The notes beneath the pieces are model-generated. The model searched no databases and was not told the origin of the DNA. It was given only the letters and a program-made list of their open reading frames with translations. This document shows, one piece after another, positions 33,364-43,415 of a stretch of 64,000 bases of DNA (its first letter is position 1; each line of letters begins with the position of its first letter). Where the stretch lies: the NCBI GenBank assembly GCA_963776245.1, contig CAVZLN010000006.1:1-64000 (forward strand), in the 5' to 3' direction. The translations under genes were made by a program, and so were the position numbers. This DNA comes from Candidatus Eiseniibacteriota bacterium (GTDB lineage: Bacteria; Eisenbacteria; RBG-16-71-46).

Positions 33364-34542
33364 GGCCGGTCGCGATCGTGGGTGTGGGCTCGACCCAGTT
33401 CGGCCGGGCACAGTGGAGCCTGCTCAAGATGATGTGCGAGGCGTCGCACGACGCGCTCGTGGACGGCGGGGTCGGCGATCGCAAGGTGGACGCGGTCTAC
33501 GTCGCCAACATGGGCGCCCCTCGCAACAACAAGATGGCCGGGCTCGCCAGCGCGCTGGTGGACCGGATGAACCTGTATCCCGCCGGCGCGGAGACCATCG
33601 AGAACGGGCCCGCCTCGGGCGCGTCGGCGCTCAAGCACGGCGTGCACGCCATCGCGTCGGGCCATTGCGACCTCGTGCTGGTGTGCGGCGGCGAGCGCAT
33701 GCAGGAGGTGAACAACTTCGAGGCCACCGAGTTCGTCTCGTACCTCTCGCACCGCTACGCCGAGTACGTGTACGGCGTCACCCTGCCGTCGCTGGCGGGG
33801 ATGTTCGCGCGCCTCTACATGGACCGCTACGGTGTCACGCCCGAGCACCTGGCGATGGTGGCGATCAAGAACCACGCGAACGGCGCGCTGAACAAGAAGG
33901 CCCACTTGCGCATCCCGATCACGATGGAGGGCATCCTCACGGGGCCCGACGCGTGGAACAACAACCCGTGGATCGCCGACCCGCTGCGCTTCTTCGATTG
34001 CTGCCCGGTGAGCGACGGCGCCTCGGCGGTGCTGCTCGCGCCGGCCGAGAAGGCGAAGGACTTCCACAAGAAGCCGGTGCTGGTGGCCGGAATCGGTCAG
34101 GCGACCGACACCCACGCGGTGCACGAGCGCGAGGATCCGACCGAGCTGACGGCGGTGCGCCTCGCGGCGCAGAAAGCGTTCGCGATGGCCGGCCGGCGCC
34201 GACGGACATCCAGGTCGCCGAGCTGCACGACGCCTTCACCATCCTCGAGATCGCGGAGAGCGAAGAGGCCGGGTTCTTCGCCCGGGGCGAGGGGCACAAG
34301 GCGCTCGAGCGCGGCGAGACCAAGATCGGCGGCCGCCTCCCGATCAACCCCTCGGGCGGCCTCAAGTCGAGCGGCCATCCGGTCGGCAACACCGGCGTTT
34401 CCCAGATCGTCGAGCTGGTCCTCCAGTTGCGCGGGGAGGCGGGCGATAGCAGGTCCCGAACCAGCCCCAGCACGGGTTCGCGGTCAACTTCGGTGGCTTC
34501 GGCAACAACGTGCTCGCCACCGTGCTCAAGCGGGGGGTGTGA
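33360..34542 (+). CDS. SCP2/archaeal-type thiolase-superfamily protein lacking the nucleophilic Cys (frameshifted)
   Basis: [15 protein letters not shown] (usually ENACASG), [37 protein letters not shown]. Confidence 0.88.
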
Positions 34543-34543
34543 C

Positions 34544-34882
34544 ATGCCACGCGACGTCGAAGCCGCGAAGTGCAGGAAGTGCGGCACGCTCTCCTACCCG
34601 ACCCACTTCTACTGCCGCTCGTGCAAGGGCACGAAGTTCGAGCCGGTGCCGGTCACGGGGGAAGGCAAGCTCCTCACCTGGACCAAGGTGTACGCGCTGC
34701 CGCTGGACTACGAGGATCTCTACATCACCCTCGGCATCGTCGAGCTCGACATGGGGGTGCGCGCCACCGGCCGGCTCGAGATGGCCGAGCCCCGCATCGG
34801 CGCGCGGGTGCGCGCCCGGGTCGGCAAGGTGCGCGAGACGGCCGGGAAGGACATCACGGGGCTGATCTTCAGCGCGGTATGA
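34544..34882 (+). CDS. DUF35 Zn-ribbon/OB-fold protein
   Basis: KCRKCG...[21 protein letters not shown]; adjacent to the thiolase. Confidence 0.9.
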   Translation: MPRDVEAAKCRKCGTLSYPTHFYCRSCKGTKFEPVPVTGEGKLLTWTKVYALPLDYEDLYITLGIVELDMGVRATGRLEMAEPRIGARVRARVGKVRETAGKDITGLIFSAV

Positions 34883-34994
34883 ACGCATGCGGTCCGCCTC
34901 GCCGCGACCGTCGTCGCGGCGAGGCCGGGCGGCTCTGGAGCGGCGCGCACCACGCCGGCACGGGCGCGCGGCGGCGCGCTCGCGGAGGATGGAC

Positions 34995-35855
34995 ATGAGC
35001 GGATTTCGTTACGAACGGCCGGAGAGCATCGCCGCGGCGACCGCGCTCCTCGCCGCGTCTCCCGGACGCGCCTGCGTGCTGGCCGGCGGGACCGACCTGA
35101 TGGTGGCGCTGCGCGCGGGCTCGGTGTGCCCCGACGTGGTCGTGGACATCAAGCGCATCCCGGGCCTCTCGGATCTCACCTGGGGCGCCGACGGAAGTCT
35201 CGCGATCGGCGCGTGCGTGATCGTGCAACGCGTCGCGGACGACCCGCGGCTGCGCGCCACGTTCCCGGCGCTCGCGGAGGGCGCCGCGGAGATCGGCTCG
35301 CTCCAGATCCGCTCCCGCGCCACCATCGCCGGGAACCTGGTGAACGCCTCGCCGTGCATGGACACCGCGCCCGGCCTGCTGGTCCACGACGCACGGCTGC
35401 GCATCGAGGGCCCGCGCGGCCGGCGCGAGGCGCCGCTGTCCGACTTCTTCGTCGGGGTGCGCCGGAACGCGCTCCTGCCGGGCGAGATGGTGACCGCAGT
35501 GGTGGTTCCCGCGCCCGCGAAGGACGTGCGCAGCGGCTTCGACAAGATCAAGCGCGTCTCGGGTCACGACCTCGCGCTGGTGAACGCGGCCGCCGCGTGG
35601 AGCCCCGCGGAGGCCACCCTGCGGGTCGCGATCGGATCGTGCGCGATCACCCCCGCGCTGGTGCCGGTGCTCGCCGGCGTGGGACCGGAAACCGATCCCG
35701 ACGACGCGGGACGCCGGCTCGGCGCCCTGGCGCTCCAGCACATCCAGCCCATCGACGACGTGCGCGCTTCGGCCGAGTACCGGCGCGACATGACGCTCGC
35801 GCTGTGCATGAGGCTCGCCCGGCGCCTGCTCGGCGGGCCGCGGAGATCGTCATGA
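34995..35855 (+). CDS. Xanthine dehydrogenase family FAD-binding subunit
   Basis: LAGGTDL, IGSLQIRSRATIAGNLVNASP, PIDDVRASAEYRR. Confidence 0.93.
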   Translation: MSGFRYERPESIAAATALLAASPGRACVLAGGTDLMVALRAGSVCPDVVVDIKRIPGLSDLTWGADGSLAIGACVIVQRVADDPRLRATFPALAEGAAEIGSLQIRSRATIAGNLVNASPCMDTAPGLLVHDARLRIEGPRGRREAPLSDFFVGVRRNALLPGEMVTAVVVPAPAKDVRSGFDKIKRVSGHDLALVNAAAAWSPAEATLRVAIGSCAITPALVPVLAGVGPETDPDDAGRRLGALALQHIQPIDDVRASAEYRRDMTLALCMRLARRLLGGPRRSS

Positions 35856-38713
35856 AGACCTATCCGATCACCCTCACGATCAACGGCGAGAAGACGGCGC
35901 TCGAGGTGCCCGCCGGGCGCACGCTGCTCGAACTCCTCAAGGGCGAGCTGCACCAGCCGAGCGTGAAGGGCGGCTGCGGCATCGGCGAGTGCGGCCTCTG
36001 CACGGTGATCCTCGACGGCCTGCCGGTCAACGCCTGCCTGGTGATGGCGGCCGAGGTCGATGGTGCCGTGATCGAGACCGCCGAGGGCGCGATGCAGGAG
36101 CTGGGCGTGATGTCCGACCTGCAGCGGGCGTTCGTGGACTTCGGCGCGGTGCAGTGCGGCTTCTGCACTCCGGGCATGCTCAATTCCGCGCGCGCCCTCC
36201 TGCAGCGGACCCCGCGACCGACGCGCGAGCAGATCGTCGAGGCGCTGGCCGGGAACTACTGCCGGTGCACCGGCTACGAGCCGCTGGTGGACGCGGTCGA
36301 AGCGGTGGCGCGCGGCGGGTACACCGCGGCGGCCCCGCTGGCGTCGCCGTACGTCGGCGGCGCCGCGAATCGCGTGGACGCGGCGGCCAAGGTGACCGGC
36401 TCCGCGACCTTCGTGCACGACATGGTCCTGCCGGGGATGCTGCACGCGCGCATCCTGACCTCGCCGCACGCGTCGGCGCGCATCCGCGCGATCGACACCT
36501 CGAAGGCGCGCCGGATGCCGGGCGTGCGCGCGGTGCTGACCGGGGCCGACCTGCCGTACAAGGTCGGACTCTACATGGAGGACAAGGACATCCTCGCGCG
36601 CGGCGTCGTGCGCCACCAGGGCGAAGCGGTGGCCGCGGTGGCCGCGGACACCGTGGCGCAGGCGAGCGCGGCGTGCGCGGCGATCGAGGTGGACTACGAA
36701 GGGCTCGAGCCGCTCACCGACGTCCACCAGGCCCTCGCCGAGGGCGCGCGTCAGGTGCACCCCGGGATCGCGGACTACTCGTGGATGAAGGGCGTGTTCT
36801 TCCCGGAGCCCGGCAAGAACGTCGCCCACCATCAGAAGATCCGCAAGGGGGACATCGAGAAGGGCATGGCCGCGGCCGACCGCGTGTTCGAGTTCCACTT
36901 CGAGAATCCCCCCGCGCCCCACGTGCCGATGGAGACCCACACCGCGATCGCCACCGCGCGCGGCGATGGCGAGGTGGAGATCATCACTTCCGCCCAGTCC
37001 CCGTTCGCGGTGCGTCATCTGTTCTGCCACGCGTTCGCGATGCCGCTGCACAAGGTGCGGGTGAAGGTCCCGTACGTGGGCGGCGGCTTCGGCGGCAAGG
37101 CGGGGATCCATCTGGAGCCGCTGGTGTACTGCCTGTCGAAGGCCGCGCGCGGGCGCCCGGTCAAGATCGTGGCTTCGCGCGAGGAGGAGTTCAACACCCT
37201 CCCCTCCCGCCAGGGGCTCTCGAGCGTCATCAAGACCGGCGTGACGAAGGATGGCCGGCTGGTGGCGCTCGACGTCACCTACCTGTGGGACGCCGGCGCC
37301 TACGCGGACTACGGCGTCAACATCGGCCGCGCCGCCGCCTACGCGGGGGCCGGTCCGTACGTGGTGCCGCATTGCCGGGTGGACTCGCTGGTGGTGTACA
37401 CCAACAAGGTGTTCGGCACCGCGTACCGCGGCTTCGGCCATCTCGAGGTGCTGTGGGGGATCGAGCGCAACATGGACCTGGTGGCGCACGCGCTCGGCAT
37501 GGACCCGGTGGAGTTCCGCCGCAGGAACCTGCTGCGCGTCGGCGAGACCACCATCACCGGCGAGCTGTTCACCGAGGGCCACGGGCGCCCCGAGGAGTGC
37601 CTGCGGCTGGTGTCCGAGGGAATCGGCTGGGATCCCGCGCAGCGGGCGGCGCGCCCGGTCAAGCCCGGCAGCGGGAAGGTGCGCGCAAAGGGCATCGCGA
37701 TGCTCCACAAGGCGCCCGCCATGCCCACCTTCACCTCGAGCTCGGCCACCATCCTGTTCAACGGCGACGGTTCCGCGAACGTGCTGGTCTCGGGCGTGGA
37801 TTACGGGCAGGGCACGTACACGACGTTCGCGCAGATCGCGGCGGACGAGCTGAGGATCCCGCTCGAGAAGGTGCGCGTGCCGTGGGACAGCGATACCGAC
37901 TACACGCCGTACGACTGGCAGACGGTGGCGAGCCGTCTCACGGTGATGGGCGGCAACGCCATCATCATGGCGGCGAAGGAATGCATGGACCAGATCCGCG
38001 CCACCGCCGGCGCCGCGCTGCACGCGGCGCCCGAGATGATCGAGTGCGGGAACGGCAGGGCGTGGGTCCGGGGCCGGCCCGGCACGGCGCTGGACTACAG
38101 CCAGCTCGTGCTCGGGTACGTGTTCCCCGACGGCTCGAGCATCGGGGGCCCGGTGATCGGCAAGGGCCGCTACATCGCGACCGGGCTCACCAATCTCGAT
38201 CCCCAGACCGGACAGGGCCTGCCCGCGCTCAACTGGACCTACGGCGCGCACGCGGTGGACGTCGAGGTCGACACCGACACCGGTCACATCCGCGTGCTCA
38301 AGGTGGTCTCGGCGTTCGACGTCGGCCGGGTGCTCAACGCCCAGCAGGCGAAGGCGCAGGTGGTGGGCGGCGTGGTGCAGGGAGTGGGCTCGGCGGTGAT
38401 CGAGAAACTGGTGTTCGAGGACGGGCGCATGCTGAACAACTCGTTCGTCGATCTCAAGATCCCGACCGCCAAGGACGTCCCCACCGAGATGGTGCAGCTG
38501 TTCGTCGAGACGCCACACCCGCAGGGCCCCTATGGCGCGCGCGGGCTGGCCGAGCACCCGATGATCTCGATCCCGAGCGCGATCGGGAACGCGGTCGCCA
38601 ACGCGACCGGCGTCGAGTTCTTCGAGCTGCCCCTCGATCCCGAGCGCGTCTATCTCACACTCAAGCGGGCGGCCGCTGCGCCGAAGCCGGCGCTCAGCGC
38701 CACGCACCGGTAG
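35852..38713 (+). CDS. Xanthine dehydrogenase family molybdopterin subunit fused to an N-terminal 2x[2Fe-2S] domain
   Basis: GCGIGECGLCTV, QCGFCTPG, NYCRCTGY, then VGGGFGGK, AYRGFG, GQG, GGVVQG, ARGLAE. Confidence 0.93.
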   Translation: MKTYPITLTINGEKTALEVPAGRTLLELLKGELHQPSVKGGCGIGECGLCTVILDGLPVNACLVMAAEVDGAVIETAEGAMQELGVMSDLQRAFVDFGAVQCGFCTPGMLNSARALLQRTPRPTREQIVEALAGNYCRCTGYEPLVDAVEAVARGGYTAAAPLASPYVGGAANRVDAAAKVTGSATFVHDMVLPGMLHARILTSPHASARIRAIDTSKARRMPGVRAVLTGADLPYKVGLYMEDKDILARGVVRHQGEAVAAVAADTVAQASAACAAIEVDYEGLEPLTDVHQALAEGARQVHPGIADYSWMKGVFFPEPGKNVAHHQKIRKGDIEKGMAAADRVFEFHFENPPAPHVPMETHTAIATARGDGEVEIITSAQSPFAVRHLFCHAFAMPLHKVRVKVPYVGGGFGGKAGIHLEPLVYCLSKAARGRPVKIVASREEEFNTLPSRQGLSSVIKTGVTKDGRLVALDVTYLWDAGAYADYGVNIGRAAAYAGAGPYVVPHCRVDSLVVYTNKVFGTAYRGFGHLEVLWGIERNMDLVAHALGMDPVEFRRRNLLRVGETTITGELFTEGHGRPEECLRLVSEGIGWDPAQRAARPVKPGSGKVRAKGIAMLHKAPAMPTFTSSSATILFNGDGSANVLVSGVDYGQGTYTTFAQIAADELRIPLEKVRVPWDSDTDYTPYDWQTVASRLTVMGGNAIIMAAKECMDQIRATAGAALHAAPEMIECGNGRAWVRGRPGTALDYSQLVLGYVFPDGSSIGGPVIGKGRYIATGLTNLDPQTGQGLPALNWTYGAHAVDVEVDTDTGHIRVLKVVSAFDVGRVLNAQQAKAQVVGGVVQGVGSAVIEKLVFEDGRMLNNSFVDLKIPTAKDVPTEMVQLFVETPHPQGPYGARGLAEHPMISIPSAIGNAVANATGVEFFELPLDPERVYLTLKRAAAAPKPALSATHR

Positions 38714-38729
38714 GCAGGGCGAGGAGCAC

Positions 38730-40286
38730 GTGATCGACGCCTTCGTGCTGGTGCGCCGCGACGCGTACCAGGATTCGGTGCTCCTCATGCGGCTCTCCGA
38801 GGCGCTGCGCGGACTGCCGGGCGTCGAGGACGCGGTGGTAGCGATGGGCACGCCTCACAACCGCGAACTGCTCGAGACCCAGGGCTACGGCGGCGCTGCG
38901 CTCACGGGCGCCTCCCCCAACGACCTCGTGATCGCGGTGAAGGGCGGCCCCGACGCGCCCCCCGCCGTGGAGGCCGAGCTCGAGCGCCTGCTGCGGGCCG
39001 GCTCGGGTGGCGGCGCCGAGGAGAGAGCGCGCGTGTCCTCGGTGGCCGCAGCGGTCCGCCAGCACCCCGAGGCGAATCTGGTGCTCATCTCGGTGCCGGG
39101 CGAGCACGCGGCGCGCGAGGCGCGGCGCGCGCTGGCGCTCGGCCGGCACGTCATGCTGTTCTCGGACAACGTGGCGCTGGCGGACGAAGTCGCGCTCAAG
39201 CGCGACGCCGTGGCGCGCGGGCTCCTGATGATGGGGCCCGACTGCGGCACCGCGATCGTCAACGGGATGCCGCTGGGGTTCGCCAACGCGGTGCGCCGCG
39301 GTCCGGTCGGGATCGTGGGCGCGGCCGGCACCGGCATCCAGGAGGTCTCCAGCTGCATCCACCGCCTCGGGAGCGGGGTGTCCCAGGCGATCGGCACCGG
39401 CGGCCGCGACCTGACCCAGGCGGTGGAAGGGCTCATGACGCGCCTCGGCATCGCGGCGCTGGCGGACGATCCCGCGACGCGCGTGATCGTGGTGATCTCC
39501 AAGCCTCCCGCCCCCGCCGTGGCCGAGCGGGTCATCGCCGCGCTCGCAGCCACCCCCAAGCCCTGCGTGGTGCATTTCGTCGGCGACGCGCCGCGCCCCG
39601 ACGACGCCTCGCACGGGATCGCCTTCGCCGACTCGCTCGCCGGCGCGGCCGAGGCCGCCTGCCGGCTCGCGGGAGTGCCGGTGCCCCCTCCCTCCGCTCC
39701 CGCGCCCGAGGCCGCCCGGGCCGCGGCGCTGGCGGCGCGCCTCGCGCCCCGCGCGCGGCTGCGCGCGCTGTTCTGCGGCGGCACCACCGGGCAGGAGGCG
39801 CTGGCGATGCTCGGCCGCGCCGGGCTCGAGGTGCGCTCGAACCTGCACAAGGGGGGCGCGCTGCGTATCGACGGCAGTGAGCTGGGGGCACCCGCCGATG
39901 GCGGCTCGGGGCACGTGCTGCTCGACCTCGGGGACGACCTGTTCACCCGCGGCCGGCCCCATCCCATGATCGAGCCCGCGCTCCGCAACGAGCGCCTCGC
40001 GCTCGAGGTCGCGGATCCCGCGGTGGGCCTGCTGCTCTTCGATTGCGTGATCGGCTACGGATCGCACGCCGACCCGGCGGGGGTGCTCGCCGCCGGCGTG
40101 CGCGAGGCGCGCGCGCGCGCCGCCCCGCGGGCGCTGGTCGCCATCGCGTCGGTCACCGGCACGGCCGACGATCCGCAGGACTTCCAGGCCCAGGTCCGGG
40201 CACTGGAGGCGGCGGACGTGGTCGTCGCCCCCGACAACCGCGCCGCCGCGGCGCTCGCCGCCGCGGTGCTCCGGAGGATCGGGTGA
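38730..40286 (+). CDS. fdrA: FdrA-family acyl-CoA synthetase-like protein (AllF homolog)
   Basis: YQDSVLLM, ISVPG, FSDNV, MGPDCGT, IGTGGRDL, DLGDDLFTRGRPHPMIEP. Confidence 0.9.
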   Translation: MIDAFVLVRRDAYQDSVLLMRLSEALRGLPGVEDAVVAMGTPHNRELLETQGYGGAALTGASPNDLVIAVKGGPDAPPAVEAELERLLRAGSGGGAEERARVSSVAAAVRQHPEANLVLISVPGEHAAREARRALALGRHVMLFSDNVALADEVALKRDAVARGLLMMGPDCGTAIVNGMPLGFANAVRRGPVGIVGAAGTGIQEVSSCIHRLGSGVSQAIGTGGRDLTQAVEGLMTRLGIAALADDPATRVIVVISKPPAPAVAERVIAALAATPKPCVVHFVGDAPRPDDASHGIAFADSLAGAAEAACRLAGVPVPPPSAPAPEAARAAALAARLAPRARLRALFCGGTTGQEALAMLGRAGLEVRSNLHKGGALRIDGSELGAPADGGSGHVLLDLGDDLFTRGRPHPMIEPALRNERLALEVADPAVGLLLFDCVIGYGSHADPAGVLAAGVREARARAAPRALVAIASVTGTADDPQDFQAQVRALEAADVVVAPDNRAAAALAAAVLRRIG

Positions 40287-41728
40287 TGGACACGCGCAAG
40301 GTGCTCGATCTGTTCGGCGCCGAGCTGGCGGTGGTGAACGCGGGGCTCGGCTCGTTCGCGCACGACCTGCGCCGCGCCGGGGGCACCGCCATCGAGGTGG
40401 ACTGGCGTCCGCCCGCCGGCGGGGATCCCGCGGTGTGCGAGGCGCTCGACCGCTGCTTCGGTCCCGACGGCGGGGTGCGCGCCGACGTGGCAGCCGCCAC
40501 CCGCGAGTCGGTGGACCGTCTGCTGCGGGCGAAACCGGTGATCGCGGGGATCGGCCGCGCCCTCGACGTCATCCCGGGAATGCGCCAGGAGCTGGTCCTC
40601 CACTCCGGTCCGCCGGTCGAGTGGTCGCGCATGAGCGGACCGACGCGCGGCGCCGTGATGGGCGGACTGGTGTACGAGGGGCTCGCCGCCGACCCCGACG
40701 AGGCCGCCGCGCTCGCCGCGTCCGGGCGCATCGCGTTCGCGCCCTGCCACCATCACCAGACCGTGGGCCCGATGGCGGGGATCGTCACCGCGTCGATGCC
40801 GGTGTGGATCCTCGAGAACGAGGCGTTCGGCAATCGCGCCTTCAGCACCCTCAACGAAGGCCTCGGCAAGGTGCTGCGCTACGGGGCCTACGACGCCGAG
40901 GTGATCGAGCGCCTGCGCTGGATGGAACGCGTGCTCGCGCCGCTGCTGGCCCGGACGTTCGAACGCATGGGCCGCTTCGACCTGCGGTCGCTGATCGCGC
41001 AGGCCCTGCAGATGGGCGACGAGGTCCACAATCGCAACCGCGCCGCCACCTCGCTGCTGATCCGCGCGCTCGCGCCGCACCTGGTGGCGCTCGAAGCCCC
41101 TTCCGGCGATGTCGCGGCGGCGCTCCGGTTCCTCGATTCGAACGACCACTTCTTCCTCAACCTGTCGATGGCGGCGTGCAAGAGCGCGCTCGATCCCGCC
41201 GCCGGCATCGCCGGCTCGAGCATGATCACGGTGATGGCGCGCAACGGGACCGACTTCGGCGTGCAGGTGTCGGCGCTGCCGGGCCGCTGGTTCACCGCCC
41301 CGGCCCCGATGGTGGACGGGCTCTACCTGCCCGGGTTCACCGCCGCCGACGCGGCTCCCGACATCGGCGACTCGGTCATCACCGAGACCGCCGGCCTCGG
41401 CGGCATGGCGATGGCCGCGGCGCCCGCGATCGTGCAGTTCGTGGGCGGCACCGCCGCCCAGGCGCTGGGGACCACCCGGCGCATGTACGAGATCACCCTC
41501 GCCGAACATCCGGCCTACCGGATCCCGGCGCTCGACTTCCGCGGCACCGCGACCGGCATCGACCTGCTCAAGGTGGTCGAGACCGGCGTGGTCCCGGTGG
41601 TCAACACCGGCATCGCCCACAAGACGCCCGGCGTCGGAATGGTCGGCGCCGGGCTGGTGAAGCCCCCATTCGAGTGTTTCCGCGACGCGCTGCTCGCGTT
41701 CACCGACGCCCTCGGGGCCGGCGCGTAG
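40286..41728 (+). CDS. DUF1116 / YlbE-family protein (AllG homolog)
   Basis: VDWRPPAGG, LHSGPP, PCHHHQTVGPMAG, LNEGLGKVLRYGA, MGDEVHNRN, DIGDSVITET, NTGIAHK. Confidence 0.9.
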   Translation: MDTRKVLDLFGAELAVVNAGLGSFAHDLRRAGGTAIEVDWRPPAGGDPAVCEALDRCFGPDGGVRADVAAATRESVDRLLRAKPVIAGIGRALDVIPGMRQELVLHSGPPVEWSRMSGPTRGAVMGGLVYEGLAADPDEAAALAASGRIAFAPCHHHQTVGPMAGIVTASMPVWILENEAFGNRAFSTLNEGLGKVLRYGAYDAEVIERLRWMERVLAPLLARTFERMGRFDLRSLIAQALQMGDEVHNRNRAATSLLIRALAPHLVALEAPSGDVAAALRFLDSNDHFFLNLSMAACKSALDPAAGIAGSSMITVMARNGTDFGVQVSALPGRWFTAPAPMVDGLYLPGFTAADAAPDIGDSVITETAGLGGMAMAAAPAIVQFVGGTAAQALGTTRRMYEITLAEHPAYRIPALDFRGTATGIDLLKVVETGVVPVVNTGIAHKTPGVGMVGAGLVKPPFECFRDALLAFTDALGAGA

Positions 41729-41765
41729 CGCGCGACGCTACCCGCGGCCCCTTCCCGGAGGACCC

Positions 41766-42632
41766 ATGAAGCCCATCGAACTCTCGATCCCGATCGGCAT
41801 CGGCACGCCGGCGTGGCCCACCTACGAGCCGCTGCAGATCAAGTACTTCAAGCGCCTCGCCCCCAACGGCGCCAACGGCCAGATCATCACCCACTCCAAC
41901 CACGTCGGCACCCACCTCGACGGCGAGATCCATTTCTACACCCCGGGCAAGGACATCGCGCAGCTCTCGCTCGACTACCTGGTGGGCGAGGCCGCGATCG
42001 TGGACCTGTCCGACGCGTGCGGGGACTACGACGTGTACACCTCGAAGATGGTGGAGGAGCGCGTCGAGGTGAAGGACGGCGACATCCTCCTCATCCACAC
42101 CGGCTATCACCACTACGGCTGGGACCAGCCGACCGCGGACGAGATCGCCTACATGGTCAAGCACCCCGGCCCCGACCGCGAGTTCGCGGAGTGGTGCAAG
42201 AAGAAGAAGCTGCGCTGGCTCGGGGTGGACTGCGGCAGCGCCGACCATCCGATGAACACCATCATCCGGGAGTGGATGCCGCGCCAGGCGCGCCAGGCCG
42301 ATCAGCACTTCCGCACCCGCTACGGCAAGCCGCTCGCCGAGTTCTTCGACGACTCGAAGTACCAGCTCATGCACATCGAGATGTTCAACCACGGCATCAT
42401 CCACGCCGAGTGCCTGGGCGGCGACATCGACCTGCTGCTGAACCAGCGCTGCACCGTCGGCTGCTTCCCGTGGCGCCTGGTGGACGGCGAGGCGTGCATC
42501 TCGCGCATCGTCGCGTTCGTGGACGACGCCCGTCACGCCGAACTGATGAAGAAGAAGGCGTCGTGCGCCCTGACCCGGCACGGCGACATCGCCGGCGCGT
42601 CGTGCCCCGAACTGCACGGCAAGCAGCGCTGA
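41766..42632 (+). CDS. Cyclase-family metal-dependent hydrolase (kynurenine formamidase / isatin hydrolase superfamily)
   Basis: HVGTHLDGEIHF (HxGTHxDxxxH), GDILLIHTG, GVDCGSADHP. Confidence 0.88.
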   Translation: MKPIELSIPIGIGTPAWPTYEPLQIKYFKRLAPNGANGQIITHSNHVGTHLDGEIHFYTPGKDIAQLSLDYLVGEAAIVDLSDACGDYDVYTSKMVEERVEVKDGDILLIHTGYHHYGWDQPTADEIAYMVKHPGPDREFAEWCKKKKLRWLGVDCGSADHPMNTIIREWMPRQARQADQHFRTRYGKPLAEFFDDSKYQLMHIEMFNHGIIHAECLGGDIDLLLNQRCTVGCFPWRLVDGEACISRIVAFVDDARHAELMKKKASCALTRHGDIAGASCPELHGKQR

Positions 42633-43402
42633 ACGACCCCACGCCCGTGCTGCGGGCGGAGCGCGCCGGCCCGCTGGCGGCCGACGCGCTCCGTGCCGGG
42701 GCCGCCGGGCGGGTGGTGGACGTCTCCTCGCGCGCGGCGTTCGTGCGCCTCGACGACGGTCCGCTGGTCGCGGTGCTCCCCGCCGCGACGCCGCTCCATC
42801 CGTGGGCGGTAGTCGCCGCGGCCGGGGCCCCTCCCGAGGCCGGCGCGGCCGTGCGTCTCTCGGTCGACGGAGCGGCGGTCCCCGGTCTGTGTCTGACCGC
42901 ACGGCCCGCGACATTCCACCCGGGCCTCGTCCGTGCGCTCGCGTCGCTGGTGCGCGCCCCAGCACGCCCGGATGACTTCGACGAGGCGCTGTCCGGCGGG
43001 CTCCACCGCTTCCGCGCGCTCGGCGACGCCCGCGCGCTTGCCGGGCTGGTGGGGCTCGGCCCGGGCCTCACACCTTCGGGGGACGACATCGTGGTGGGCG
43101 CGCTCGCGGCGCTCGACCTCGCGCAGGAGGCACGGCCCGCCGCGGCCGGGCTGCGCGACGCGCTCGCAGCGGCGCTCGACGGGAAGATCGCGTTTCGCAC
43201 CCCGCGGCTGTCGGCCCAGCTGCTGTCGGCCGCGCTCGCGGGGTTCTATGCCGAGCCGCTGCTCGCGCTGCTCGAGGCGCTCGCGACTGCCGGATCGCCC
43301 GGCGCGCTTGCCGCGGCGGCGGACGCCCTCACTGCGGTCGGCCATCGAAGCGGGACCGATATGTTGCGCGGGGTCGCGGCGGCGATGGAGTGCGTGGGAT
43401 GA
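42629..43402 (+). CDS. DUF2877 / YlbF-family protein (AllH homolog); start codon unclear
   Basis: LVGLGPGLTPSGDDIVVG and VGHRSGTDMLRG signatures. Confidence 0.85.
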   Translation: MNDPTPVLRAERAGPLAADALRAGAAGRVVDVSSRAAFVRLDDGPLVAVLPAATPLHPWAVVAAAGAPPEAGAAVRLSVDGAAVPGLCLTARPATFHPGLVRALASLVRAPARPDDFDEALSGGLHRFRALGDARALAGLVGLGPGLTPSGDDIVVGALAALDLAQEARPAAAGLRDALAAALDGKIAFRTPRLSAQLLSAALAGFYAEPLLALLEALATAGSPGALAAAADALTAVGHRSGTDMLRGVAAAMECVG

Positions 43403-43415
43403 CCCGCCCGAACTC

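Noticed and set aside
35126..35851. N-terminal extension making a 1195-aa ORF
   Set aside because: Arg/Pro-rich off-frame read-through of the FAD subunit gene; the real start is ATG 35852.
34995..38713. 4-hydroxybenzoyl-CoA reductase (hcrCAB)
   Set aside because: The FAD subunit lacks the Cys-rich [4Fe-4S] insertion of HcrB, and the subunit organisation differs.
35564..38851. Long antisense ORFs (also 21845-24379, 51741-53408, 62377-63987 and others)
   Set aside because: Shadow ORFs caused by high GC3 on the opposite coding strand, with no motifs.
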